Part shown: positions 1 through 9,543 of the stretch, one piece after another
Position numbering within the stretch: the first letter of the stretch is position 1
How the letters are laid out: each line of letters starts with the position of its first letter
Source of the DNA: an uncultured Verrucomicrobiota bacterium
Lineage (GTDB): Bacteria > Verrucomicrobiota > Verrucomicrobiia > Opitutales > UBA9783
DNA length: 64,000 nt
Direction: 5' to 3'
NCBI GenBank assembly: GCA_902495005.1
Contig: CABUVL010000005.1
Span: 21,131 to 85,130 of the forward strand
Notes under the pieces: generated by a model
The model's input: the letters and a program-made list of their open reading frames with translations, nothing else
The model's database searches: none
Told to the model about the DNA's origin: nothing
Made by a program: the position numbers and the translations under genes

Positions 1-811
1 CGATGCACAGACGATTTTGCAGGCGGAATAAGCGTTGGACGCCGGGTTTTAACTTTAGGAAGGTGCCCTCGCTCGATTCCTCTGCGGTACCTGAAATGAT
101 CAGTGGGGTACGAGCTTCATCGATGAGGATGGAGTCCACTTCGTCGACGATGCAGAAATAATGTTCACGTTGAACTTGGTCTTCCACGCGGAAAGCCATG
201 CCATTGTCACGTAGGTAGTCGAAGCCGAATTCGGAGGCGGTGCCATACGTGATATCTTTGCGGTACGCGTCGATACGATCGGATTGTGACATGTCGTGTT
301 GGATGCAACCAACGCTGATATTCAAAAAGTTAAATAAAAATCCCATCCATTGGGAATCTCTCCTGGCGAGGTAATCGTTGACCGTCACCAATTGACAATT
401 TTTGCCCGTTAAAGCATTTAAATAGAGGGGGAGGGTCGCGACCAGAGTTTTACCTTCGCCCGTCGCCATTTCTGCGATATACCCGCGATGCAATGCGATA
501 CCGCCGATTAATTGAACGTCGTAGTGAACCATATTCCAGGTTAGGTTGTGCTCACAGACGACGGATTGGTGGCCCACTAAGCGGCGAGCTGCATTCTTAA
601 CGGTTGCAAAAGCTTCGGGGAGTAATTGATCCAGGCTTTCTCCATTTTTGTAACGATTGCGGAATTGCTCTGTATGGTTTTTGAGATCATCGTCGGACAA
701 TTGTTGATATTGTGACTCGAGCGCATTAATTTTTTGAACGATGGGCTTACACTCTTGCCAGAATTTTTTGTAATGCCTGCCGGCGAAATGCTTTAAAAGT
801 TTCGTAAACAT
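1..811 (-). CDS. secA: Preprotein translocase ATPase SecA, N-terminal part; gene runs off the left edge of the window
   Basis: Own translation of the minus strand from the ATG at 811: [20 protein letters not shown]...[64 protein letters not shown]...[23 protein letters not shown]. The MATGEGKT and [18 protein letters not shown] motifs are diagnostic of SecA. It is absent from the ORF track because it is open-ended. Confidence 0.93.
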   Translation of the reverse strand, partial: MFTKLLKHFAGRHYKKFWQECKPIVQKINALESQYQQLSDDDLKNHTEQFRNRYKNGESLDQLLPEAFATVKNAARRLVGHQSVVCEHNLTWNMVHYDVQLIGGIALHRGYIAEMATGEGKTLVATLPLYLNALTGKNCQLVTVNDYLARRDSQWMGFLFNFLNISVGCIQHDMSQSDRIDAYRKDITYGTASEFGFDYLRDNGMAFRVEDQVQREHYFCIVDEVDSILIDEARTPLIISGTAEESSEGTFLKLKPGVQRLFRLQNRLCI

Positions 812-1111
812 ATGTGATCTTTATAAGTAAATGAAGATACAGGTATTTTAGTAAAAATCCATCTTTTTTAAACGTTTTGTGCTTTGGATGTGATATTCTA
901 GAATTTTATTGGGAAATTTTTACACTTTAAGTCTGGAAGAAGTGTTAATCGATCTGTAAAAGTCAAAAGTTTTTTTTAAGTTAAAGAGCCATTTGTCCAA
1001 TTATCCGATGTTTAATTGAACGGCTACGCGTGGGATTCAATTTATCAGAGCTTGTCGACGTGCAAAGGATTTATGGCGTAGAACAATGAAGCTTGTGTTG
1101 AAGGGAAATAA

Positions 1112-1846
1112 CTACAGCTCTTCCTCTAAAAACTGAGGGATTGTTGGGATAAGTAATCGACCGCAATGTTCGCAAAATTCGGGTGTCATGGAGGCCGTAA
1201 CGCGTGCGACGGTATCGTTGGACACCGTCAGGTGGCATCCTGAGCAGCGATTTCCGTTGGTCAGAGGGACGATAAGTGGGAATGCTTTGGTGCATTTTCT
1301 TAAAATGACGTAAGCCTCATAAAAAGGGCCTTTGAGGGCCGATTCAAAGGCGTGAAGCGCTTGTTGTTGCTCTTCGTACTGAGATTGGGCCTGTGCACAC
1401 GCCTGGGTAAGTTGTTGTAGCTGCTGCTTGAGCGCGTTGATGACATTGGCTGAGTCGTCGATGTCACTTTGGTAGAGAGCTCTTTGATGTTCGATTTCGT
1501 CCAAGGCGTTGAGCAATTCTGTTTCAAGTTCCCCAATTTTTTGTTTTAAGTCCGCGATTGATTTTTCCAGCGCTTGGTATTCACCCGATTTTTTTGTGAT
1601 GGCTTGTTGAGTTTTTTGCTTGATGAGAAGCTCTTCCCATGTGTGCAGTTGTAATTCATTGTGTTCGTACTGCACTTCAAGCGCATGAATGGCTTGTTGT
1701 TTTTGATTTAACGTTTGATGGACAGCTTCAATTTTATTTTGAATGCGTGAAATTTCAGAGGCTAACGATTGAACTTGTTTTTGTTGAGCGATAGCGGATT
1801 GGTCAAGAGCCTGCAAATCCAATAATTGTTTCAGGAGTAAGTGCAC
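1112..1846 (-). CDS. Coiled-coil protein with C-terminal C4 zinc ribbon (COG1579/DUF164-like)
   Basis: 244-aa ORF with a GTG start. It has a long Q/E/L-rich heptad region followed by CSGCH...17 aa...CEHCGR, the architecture of the putative zinc-ribbon family. Confidence 0.6.
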   Translation of the reverse strand: MHLLLKQLLDLQALDQSAIAQQKQVQSLASEISRIQNKIEAVHQTLNQKQQAIHALEVQYEHNELQLHTWEELLIKQKTQQAITKKSGEYQALEKSIADLKQKIGELETELLNALDEIEHQRALYQSDIDDSANVINALKQQLQQLTQACAQAQSQYEEQQQALHAFESALKGPFYEAYVILRKCTKAFPLIVPLTNGNRCSGCHLTVSNDTVARVTASMTPEFCEHCGRLLIPTIPQFLEEEL

Positions 1847-1935
1847 AGGGCTTATCTAAGCTGATGAGATGTGTTTTGTAAAAGAAATTTTTTGAAAATG
1901 TTAAGATTTTGTCGGAAATTTTTTAAAAACTTGGC

Positions 1936-2328
1936 GTGAAAATTGCTATTAAGCTAGCCATGGACTTGAGTGAAAATGGTGAAAATCAGGCCGCAGCCTT
2001 GCTTGAAAGGTTAAAGGATATGGACAAGCAATTGAGTGAATTGCAAAAAAAATTAGCTGAGTCCAAGCTAGGAGGCATCAAAAACAGCTTTTTTACGGCG
2101 AATAACATAAAAGAGACCATAGCATTGTTAGAAAAAGTTAATCCAGAAGATAAGAATTTGATCCACACGCTTCGCAGCATGATTCCATTGGCGGAAAAGT
2201 CAGATGACGAATTGGAACGCCTGGCGGATCGAGAGAAAATCAAGTCTGAGCCTTCAAATGAACCCCATGAAGGAACTGCTTTCACCTCAAAAGTTAAATG
2301 TAAAATCCCCTGCAATCGATTGATTTAG
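1936..2328 (+). CDS. Hypothetical small coiled-coil protein
   Basis: 130-aa ORF with a GTG start (alternative ATG at 1960). It ends 2 nt before the next ORF, which suggests translational coupling. I recognise no family. Confidence 0.4.
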   Translation: MKIAIKLAMDLSENGENQAAALLERLKDMDKQLSELQKKLAESKLGGIKNSFFTANNIKETIALLEKVNPEDKNLIHTLRSMIPLAEKSDDELERLADREKIKSEPSNEPHEGTAFTSKVKCKIPCNRLI

Positions 2329-2330
2329 TC

Positions 2331-4193
2331 ATGTCTATATCTACAACCTATTCTTATCCAGTGCCATTGTCGGCGGCGACAAAGGAACCCATTGTTTCAA
2401 GTGGTACCTCGGATATACAGTCGATTAAAGCTGCTTACCAAGCTTTGTTCGGAGACACTGGCGTTCATACGAGGATTTTAAATGGTTTGTTCGAGCAATT
2501 AAAAAATATTTTAGAGAATGGGCGTAATACAGGCCAAGGTCAAGATAAGCTAACAAATATTCAGAATACCTTTAATTCGACGGACGATCTAAATGCCATT
2601 GTAGAAGCCTTAGAAACGAAAATTACCTGGGATTTTAAAAACACTGACAACAATAAGTTATGTAAGGAGGGAATACACGCGTATATTTTTTATTTAAAGG
2701 ATGTCGTCGCGGATTTAAAGCAGATGAGCACTTACGTCAGTGCAGCGCAAGAACTTTTAGAAAAATTGGACAATGCCAACAGCGACAACGCGCACGTTAT
2801 TTTTGATAAATTGAGTACCTACGATCAATTTTGCGAGGAGATTGTACAAGGTTTTACTGAACATTTTGATACTAAAAATGGCGAGTATGTAATCTCAACT
2901 GCCAAATCCACAGAATGCTTAGATACCAAGGGCTTGAAAGCTGCCACTGTGATGGAAATGAGTGATCTTTGGAATAAGTCTAACCTTGATGATTTTCGTA
3001 GCAGTGCCGATGTTCAAGTCTTCAATCAATTGCGTAAGCTGGAAAAATTAAAATACATTCGGATGTACTACAATATCATTTTGGGCAATACAGGTTTGCA
3101 AACGGTATTCCCAGATGATTTAAGTACGGGCTACCCTTGTGTCCCCAATGATAGCAGCTCGGAGAGCGCGACGAGTGAAGTGCAAGAAATGGGTGGCTTG
3201 GAGATGTTTTACATCGGTTATTTAATTAGCCGTGACGGGCCCATCAATGCGTTGTCTTCTTTCTTAGAAGTGAAAACGCAAGCCTTGCGTCAAAATATTG
3301 CTCTTATGATGGAGAAGGTGGGGGCGTGTAATCGTTACCTGAGTTTTATCAATAGAGGCCTAGATTTGCTCAATACAAGTCAATCAGGAGGTAATTCGGC
3401 GATTCCTCCAGGTGCCTACGTGGCTTTAACGTTTTTCTGCGGAGGGACCATGCGTGGTTTGAAAACGATAAAGCACCCGGACGGTGGAGAGGCGCAGTAC
3501 TTTGTCTTTTCAACGGATGAATATGATAGCAATGGTTATAGCTTAAGTGGTTCAAAGAAGAGTGGCAATGGACGTTATTTGTTAATTAAATCGGATGACT
3601 CAACTTTGGATAATTTCTTAGGTGGGTCGACGGGCTACGCCACTGATTGGTGGAGAAAAGATAATAAATATACTTGGGATATTGAAAAGTATAATGAAAC
3701 CTTATCAGATAAAGAGGGAACTTCATTAGGGGTCCAGTTTACAGTTGATGGAATGGATAATGTTAGCTTTTATAAAGGTTTTGCACGCACTTATTTCAAT
3801 AAAGATCCTAAAGACAATACAGTTGATTTAAGGCCCACCGCTTCTTATAACGACACCAAAACTAATGAAAACGGTGAGTATATCGTAGCGGTTCCAAGCA
3901 GCGCTGATGTTGCTAAGTCTTGGCTTCCAAAACAACTGGCGGTTGACAAAGTACTCCCATCGAGTGCCCAAAGATATAATAGTAATTGGTTCGAAAAAAT
4001 AGATGCCACGGTGCTCAATTCTTGGACGACGGCCTTTACCAATAAGTCGCAGTACATCAACACGTACATTGAAACCATCAATAATGACGTGTCGACCATG
4101 CGTACGAAAATCGATACGTTCGATTCCGCATCCTCAACCTTTAGAAACCGCGCGTACGATACCTACTCGAGCATTGTGTCGCGTATCAGTTGA
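2331..4193 (+). CDS. Hypothetical 620-aa protein, candidate secreted (type III) substrate
   Basis: Long uninterrupted ORF with no signal peptide or TM segment. The N-terminus is Ser/Thr/Pro-rich and lacks acidic residues (MSISTTYSYPVPLSAATK). The C-terminal ~55 aa are amphipathic. No recognisable enzymatic motif. Confidence 0.6.
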   Translation: MSISTTYSYPVPLSAATKEPIVSSGTSDIQSIKAAYQALFGDTGVHTRILNGLFEQLKNILENGRNTGQGQDKLTNIQNTFNSTDDLNAIVEALETKITWDFKNTDNNKLCKEGIHAYIFYLKDVVADLKQMSTYVSAAQELLEKLDNANSDNAHVIFDKLSTYDQFCEEIVQGFTEHFDTKNGEYVISTAKSTECLDTKGLKAATVMEMSDLWNKSNLDDFRSSADVQVFNQLRKLEKLKYIRMYYNIILGNTGLQTVFPDDLSTGYPCVPNDSSSESATSEVQEMGGLEMFYIGYLISRDGPINALSSFLEVKTQALRQNIALMMEKVGACNRYLSFINRGLDLLNTSQSGGNSAIPPGAYVALTFFCGGTMRGLKTIKHPDGGEAQYFVFSTDEYDSNGYSLSGSKKSGNGRYLLIKSDDSTLDNFLGGSTGYATDWWRKDNKYTWDIEKYNETLSDKEGTSLGVQFTVDGMDNVSFYKGFARTYFNKDPKDNTVDLRPTASYNDTKTNENGEYIVAVPSSADVAKSWLPKQLAVDKVLPSSAQRYNSNWFEKIDATVLNSWTTAFTNKSQYINTYIETINNDVSTMRTKIDTFDSASSTFRNRAYDTYSSIVSRIS

Positions 4194-4221
4194 TGCTTGT
4201 AAGCTGGTAGAACGTTAACTA

Positions 4222-4255
4222 AGGGACGGAAAACGTGTTCATCGTCCTTATTTAC
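4222..4255 (+). terminator. Possible weak intrinsic terminator after the 620-aa gene
   Basis: Imperfect 7-bp stem (AGGGACG / CGTCCTT, including a G-T pair) with a 14-nt loop, followed by ATTTAC. The tail is poor in T. Confidence 0.25.
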
Positions 4256-4469
4256 AGTTAATTACGTCCTAGCGTGATTATTTTTACAAGCTTGCTTTAT
4301 CGAGGCGTGTGGTGTTTTGCGTTGGAGGAGTGATGTCGTTTACGGAAGTTTGACTAAACGATGAACTCGCTTCGGGGAATTGTCGTCGATTGTTTTGTTA
4401 ATGTCCCGTCTTTCAGAAAGCTCTGATGAGCGCGCTGTCAAAAATGGATGACAACTCGATTGAATCGAG

Positions 4470-5672
4470 CTACTGCTGTGTTGGCCTGAGATACCTGTAC
4501 TGAGTTATGAGACTTATGAAGCACAAGAGGTTGAATCCGCAGAAAATTTGAGCACTTGTCAGATAGCCGCGAAAAGCCAGTAAGCTGTACAAATACGGGC
4601 CGAACGCGCTGCATAAGGTTTGATAAACGGTTAAAATTGCGCACCCGGAAGGTATTTGTTCCTTAGATAACGTCAGTGGTGGTAAGACGTAAATGAGTGT
4701 GCGGCTGAGGCTCATGCTGACTGAGTAGCTGGCAATGATTCCACAAGAGCCGAACTGGGTTGACAAGAACAGTGGGCTCATGCTGAGTGCAATGAGTGTT
4801 ATGGATAATAAGTAAATGGCTAGCCCACGTATTTTTGTAATGAGAAAGGAACACAGGGGAGATAGAATAAGGTAGGCAATGGACATGGGCAAGAACAACT
4901 TGTAAGCCGCACTTACGGGCAGCCCACTCTCGACGACGAAATCGGAAAGGTGAAAGGTCAAGCCTGTTGCTTGTAAGCTGTACAGAGCCACGAGTGCAAG
5001 AGATAATTTAAAGGCACGCGGATATTGCTTAAATCGAAGGTGCGCTTGATCTGCGGTGGAAGTTGTTGTGAGGCTCGGAAATTTTTTGGGTATGAAAAAT
5101 ACAATGAGGCCAATGCATGTAATTTCGAACCACCAAATCTTATCCCATTGATACGTCGCTTGAACTTTTGCAAGCAGGTAGATGAACAGGCTGGCACCTA
5201 CGATCAGAACGCTGGTGTGGAGCGTGGCGATCCATGCACAGACGTATTGCGGGTAGGATAACGCCGTCCACGTTCTTACACATAACGGTAAAATGCCTTG
5301 GCAGCAAAGTCGCATACCCGTAAATGTAAGGCCTAAAATTAGAAATGTTAGACAGGTCGAACTGTGATGAAAGGAGACTTGAATGAGTGCGATTAAGCAC
5401 AACATAAGTAGCCCGTAAGCCCCCGTGAACAACTTTCTAATGGACAATTTTTGGGTAAATATGTGGCCTATGTACATGACGCACAAGCTGGCCAAAAATG
5501 TTCCAATTGTATAGGTGAGAGAGAGTGGCTTGTCACTTATGTTGAGTTGGTCTTGCAGATAGGGTTTGAAGCAAGCAAAGAAGGGTGTACGCCCTAAGGT
5601 AGAGGGGAACACAAGCAGTGTACTTAAGATGGAAAATTTTAGGAGTGATCTTGAGTATTTGATGGCCGCCAT
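4470..5672 (-). CDS. MFS-type membrane transporter
   Basis: About 12 hydrophobic segments. I trimmed the start to the MAAIKYS ATG at 5672 because the longer ORF (5744) would run into the divergent proS leader. Confidence 0.6.
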   Translation of the reverse strand: MAAIKYSRSLLKFSILSTLLVFPSTLGRTPFFACFKPYLQDQLNISDKPLSLTYTIGTFLASLCVMYIGHIFTQKLSIRKLFTGAYGLLMLCLIALIQVSFHHSSTCLTFLILGLTFTGMRLCCQGILPLCVRTWTALSYPQYVCAWIATLHTSVLIVGASLFIYLLAKVQATYQWDKIWWFEITCIGLIVFFIPKKFPSLTTTSTADQAHLRFKQYPRAFKLSLALVALYSLQATGLTFHLSDFVVESGLPVSAAYKLFLPMSIAYLILSPLCSFLITKIRGLAIYLLSITLIALSMSPLFLSTQFGSCGIIASYSVSMSLSRTLIYVLPPLTLSKEQIPSGCAILTVYQTLCSAFGPYLYSLLAFRGYLTSAQIFCGFNLLCFISLITQYRYLRPTQQ

Positions 5673-5818
5673 ACCATCATTAACTTTGCAAACGGCACAC
5701 TTGTCAAGTTTCGATCCGCTTGCGCTGTGAAGGCCTACTTGCATCTGACTGCACGTCTGAGAAATGCTGGAAAAATGTTTGCCAAAAAACCTTAGCCGGT
5801 GCTTTGATATTACTCATT

Positions 5819-7291
5819 ATGAAAAAGACGGGCATCACTCCGACAAGAGCAGAAAATTATGCTGAATGGTACCAAGAGCTCATTCGCGCGGCGGATTTGG
5901 CCGAAAATTCCCCCGTTAGAGGCTGCATGATCATTAAGCCACAAGGTTATAGCCTGTGGGAAAATATACAGCACAAGATGGATCGGCGCTTTAAGGAAAC
6001 GGGCCACCAAAATGCCTATTTCCCTCTGTTCATTCCTTTAAATTATTTGGAACGTGAGGCTAAGCACGTCGAGGGCTTTGCGAAGGAATGCGCGGTGGTT
6101 ACGCATGCAAAGTTGATGTTAAACGATGATCATCAACTTGTTCCGTGTGCACCGTTGGAGGAACCACTCATCGTTAGACCGACTTCTGAAACCATTATCG
6201 GAGAAGCCTTCTCTCGTTGGGTTGAGTCGTACCGCGACCTGCCCGTACTCATCAATCAGTGGGCCAACGTCGTTCGTTGGGAGATGCGGACGAGATTATT
6301 TTTACGTACCTCCGAATTTTTGTGGCAAGAGGGGCACACCGCGCACGCCACTCCCGAAGAGGCTATGGAGGAGACTCTAAAAATGTTGGAAGTCTATCGG
6401 GAAATCGCAGAAAAAGAATTGGCGATTCCTGTGATTGTTGGAGAAAAGACCGCCAGCGAACGTTTCCCGGGTGCCGTGGCAACTTACACTTTGGAGGCGA
6501 TGATGCAGGATAAGAAGGCCTTGCAATTGTGTACATCGCACTTTTTGGGCCAAAATTTTGCACGCGCCATGGGAATTTCTTTTATAGATGAGGACGGACA
6601 AAAGAAGTACGCTTGGACAACTTCGTGGGGTTCGACAACGCGGCTCATCGGTGCGCTCATTATGACACATTCGGACGATGACGGTCTCGTTGTTCCACCG
6701 CATATCGCCAGTGTGCAAGTTGTTATTTTGCCAATTATTCACGCCGACGAAACGCGGGCCGCGATTGAAACTTATTGTGCAGATTTGCAAAAGTCATTGC
6801 AGGCTGCCCACATTCAGGCTCAGGTGGATACGCGCGATATGCGTGGCGGTGAGAAACGTTGGCAGTGGATTAAACGAGGTGCGTGTTGCATCGTGGAAGT
6901 GGGGGCAAAGGAGGTGGAAAATCAAGCCGTTACCTTTGCTATGCGGGATGGTATATCTCAAAGAGAACTCGCCTCTCGTGACAGTTTCGTCCAAAACATA
7001 TCTGCGTACTTGGAAGCCTTTCAAGGGCGTCTGTACGAGAATGCATTGCGTCGACGTGAAGAGGCCAGTGTACGCATTTCTAACGAGGAAGAGCTGTACG
7101 CATTTTTTCAAAATCAGGGCGGGTTTGCTTTAGCTTATTGGTCAGAAGATCCCGCGGCTGAAGCAAAAATTAAGAATGACTTGAAGGTGACGGTACGTTG
7201 CATTCCGCAGCAATATTTGGGAGATACGGGCCCCTGCGTTATGACGGGTAAGCCCGCTTGCCCGCTTGCCGTGTTCGCAAAGTCGTACTAA
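5819..7291 (+). CDS. proS: Prolyl-tRNA synthetase, short archaeal/eukaryote-like class II form
   Basis: Contains MKKTGITPTRAENYAEWYQELIRAADL..., the RPTSETIIGEAF class II motif, and a C-terminal extension ending in a terminal Tyr (AKSY). 490 aa with no bacterial INS domain. Start taken at ATG 5819 rather than the ORF-track 5720. Confidence 0.9.
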   Translation: MKKTGITPTRAENYAEWYQELIRAADLAENSPVRGCMIIKPQGYSLWENIQHKMDRRFKETGHQNAYFPLFIPLNYLEREAKHVEGFAKECAVVTHAKLMLNDDHQLVPCAPLEEPLIVRPTSETIIGEAFSRWVESYRDLPVLINQWANVVRWEMRTRLFLRTSEFLWQEGHTAHATPEEAMEETLKMLEVYREIAEKELAIPVIVGEKTASERFPGAVATYTLEAMMQDKKALQLCTSHFLGQNFARAMGISFIDEDGQKKYAWTTSWGSTTRLIGALIMTHSDDDGLVVPPHIASVQVVILPIIHADETRAAIETYCADLQKSLQAAHIQAQVDTRDMRGGEKRWQWIKRGACCIVEVGAKEVENQAVTFAMRDGISQRELASRDSFVQNISAYLEAFQGRLYENALRRREEASVRISNEEELYAFFQNQGGFALAYWSEDPAAEAKIKNDLKVTVRCIPQQYLGDTGPCVMTGKPACPLAVFAKSY

Positions 7292-7603
7292 GTTAACTTT
7301 GATTGCAGCGTTGCCTCAAAATTTGGTCCAATGATGCGTTCAAAAATGGGCCTTCGTGTGCCATGGTTGACGTGTTGTCTCCGATGTCTTGAGGCATTTT
7401 ATTTGATAAATGCTCCTATAAGGGTTGTTTTTATGTAAATTTATTTATTGACTTAATTTGTTTTTTATTGGATATAAAAGTACTAATTTTTTCAAATTTA
7501 AGAAAATGATGATCGTTTTTGCGATCTTTCGTTTGAATTAGTTTGTTAAAAATTTTGTCTATAATGTAAACCTTGCATTAACACTCTCTAACTTGCATTT
7601 AAT

Positions 7604-7909
7604 ATGATGGATGAACGAACAAGTTATGACTTTTTTGAGTCATTGTTGCCAGATTCTAAGCAGTGGTATACGGCAAAGGAGGCGGCAGCTATCTTTGGCA
7701 AGAGCGATCAGTACATTCGAGATTGTTTTGATAATCAAAAAATTTTGGGACATACTTTTAACGGAAAAGCAAAGAGAGGTGAGGAGAAGCGAAAGTCTTA
7801 TCAAATTTCGCGAAAGGGCTTGGTCCTGTTTTTGATGGAGAAGGCGAACTATGATGCTCAAGATTTTTTGACGCGCGTTCGGAATGCTCAGCAAAAATTA
7901 TCATTGTAA
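7604..7909 (+). CDS. Small helix-turn-helix DNA-binding protein (excisionase/MerR-like HTH)
   Basis: 101 aa. The segment WYTAKEAAAIFGKSDQYIRDCF looks like an HTH_17-type helix-turn-helix. An AT-rich ~180-bp leader precedes it. Confidence 0.45.
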   Translation: MMDERTSYDFFESLLPDSKQWYTAKEAAAIFGKSDQYIRDCFDNQKILGHTFNGKAKRGEEKRKSYQISRKGLVLFLMEKANYDAQDFLTRVRNAQQKLSL

Positions 7910-7945
7910 ACTTGATTTCACTCATCCGATCCGCAGGATAAAAAT

Positions 7946-8563
7946 ATGTCTTACTCATTACATCAATTGCAATACGCATACGATGCATTGGCCCCGTTCA
8001 TTGATGAACAAACGGCCAAAGTCCATCACGATGGACACCACTGGAATTACATAAAAAAATTAAACCTTGTTTTAGAAAAAATACAGTATCCAAGGCAGTC
8101 GTTGGAACATGTTTTACATCATTTGGACGAGATTCCAGCTGACGTGCGCCAGCTTGTGAGAGATAATGCCGGTGGCTTTTTTAATCACAATTTATATTGG
8201 GCTGTGTTGTCGCCACGAAAGCAAACGATGTCGGATGATTTCAAACGCATTTTGTGCCAACGTTTTGGAAGCTTAGAGAACTTGATAAATTTATTTACTG
8301 AGGCGAGTATGAATTGGGTGGGAAGCGGTTGGACGTGGTTGTACGTGGACGAGCAAAAAAACTTGCAGGTGGGTGTTACCTTGAATCACGATAACCCCCT
8401 AATGGCACAATGTCACTTGCACGGTGTACCCCTGTTGACACTTGATTTGTGGGAACATGCGTATTATCTGAAATACAAGAATGATAAAAGGACTTATTTC
8501 GAGGCTTTTTGGGAGCGTGTTGCGTGGGAACATGTTGAAATGTTATTCAAACAAGCCAAGTGA
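7946..8563 (+). CDS. sodA: Fe/Mn superoxide dismutase
   Basis: LHQLQYAYDALAPFID, HHDGHH and the DLWEHAYYLKYKN metal-ligand motifs. 205 aa. Confidence 0.92.
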   Translation: MSYSLHQLQYAYDALAPFIDEQTAKVHHDGHHWNYIKKLNLVLEKIQYPRQSLEHVLHHLDEIPADVRQLVRDNAGGFFNHNLYWAVLSPRKQTMSDDFKRILCQRFGSLENLINLFTEASMNWVGSGWTWLYVDEQKNLQVGVTLNHDNPLMAQCHLHGVPLLTLDLWEHAYYLKYKNDKRTYFEAFWERVAWEHVEMLFKQAK

Positions 8564-8574
8564 TTGCCTTTAAA

Positions 8575-9543
8575 CTACGTTTTGGGACGTAGGCGGGGAT
8601 TGTTGTAATACAGAAGGAGGTCTGCTAGGAAATTGCCCAACATGAGCATGCAACTGCTGATGATTACAGAGCCCATGACGACGTATTGATCTTTTGCCAT
8701 GAACGCTTCGAATAGGAGTTGTCCTAAGCCGGGGTAGTTGAATACATTTTCAACTAACAATGCACCCGACAGTAAGTTGGCTAAAGCAAAACCAAAATGT
8801 GTAATCAGAGGGTTGAGGGTGTTGCGTAAGGCGTGTTGAAAGTACAAGCCAAACGCCGATACGCCCTTGGCCCTTGCAACTTTTAGATAAGGCGTATTTA
8901 TATTGTCCAAAAAGCAATTGCGGGTAATGCGGAAAATATGGGCAAATATATTGAGGCTCAAGACAAAGGCGGGGAGGCAAAGATGTTGCAGGAGGTCTAT
9001 GCATTTTTCGTGCGCCGGGAGAAAATCGTAAGCGATGGAACTGCGTCCTATCATGGGGAATAAGCTGCTGTGGGCGGCGAAGTAAATACCCAACAAGGCC
9101 AGGAAAAACTCTGGCAAGGAAATGAACAAGTAGGAAATAAAGCGCATGAAGTAGTCAAAGCAGCTGTACCTGTAAATCGCGGCGATGATGGCGCAGATAA
9201 TGGCACTTGTCCAACCCAAGGCCAGGGCGCTTGTGGTTAACAATAGGGTGGAGGCAATGCGTTGTTTAAACAATTGAACCACCGGCATGTGGTAAATCCA
9301 AGATTCGCCAAAGTTGAGAGAACATATGCACTTCACCCAATAAAAATATTGTATGTACCACGGCTTGTTGAGGCCGAATTGTTCTTTTAGCGCGTTGATG
9401 TAGGAGGGAGAAATGGAAGGGTTGGCCTCCAATTGGCTGACAAAATCACCTGGACTGCAGTGCATGAGGATAAAAGTAAAAAATGTAATGACGGCCAACA
9501 ATCCTGTTGAGATCAGTAATCTGTAACAAATGTAATGTTTCAT
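8575..9543 (-). CDS. oppB: ABC peptide/nickel transporter permease (OppB/DppB family)
   Basis: Six-TM permease with an N-terminal MKHYICYRLL...TFILMHCSPGD motif typical of OppB. ATGA start/stop overlap with oppA at 9540-9543. I shortened the ORF-track start at 9660. Confidence 0.8.
   Translation of the reverse strand: MKHYICYRLLISTGLLAVITFFTFILMHCSPGDFVSQLEANPSISPSYINALKEQFGLNKPWYIQYFYWVKCICSLNFGESWIYHMPVVQLFKQRIASTLLLTTSALALGWTSAIICAIIAAIYRYSCFDYFMRFISYLFISLPEFFLALLGIYFAAHSSLFPMIGRSSIAYDFLPAHEKCIDLLQHLCLPAFVLSLNIFAHIFRITRNCFLDNINTPYLKVARAKGVSAFGLYFQHALRNTLNPLITHFGFALANLLSGALLVENVFNYPGLGQLLFEAFMAKDQYVVMGSVIISSCMLMLGNFLADLLLYYNNPRLRPKT

Noticed and set aside
100-312. 70-aa minus-strand ORF from the ORF track
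   Set aside because: It lies inside the clearly recognisable secA reading frame on the same strand but in a different frame. It is an out-of-frame ORF shadowing a real gene.
5720-5818. N-terminal extension of proS (ORF-track start at 5720)
   Set aside because: The extension (MRCEGLLASDCTSEKC...) has no ProRS similarity and overlaps the divergent MFS gene region. The conserved ProRS sequence begins at the ATG at 5819.
7310-7396. Inverted repeat TGCCTCAA...TTGAGGCA followed by TTTTATTT after proS, considered as a terminator
   Set aside because: The arms are about 70 nt apart, too long a loop for a simple intrinsic terminator. It may fold with internal structure, but I cannot support that by eye.
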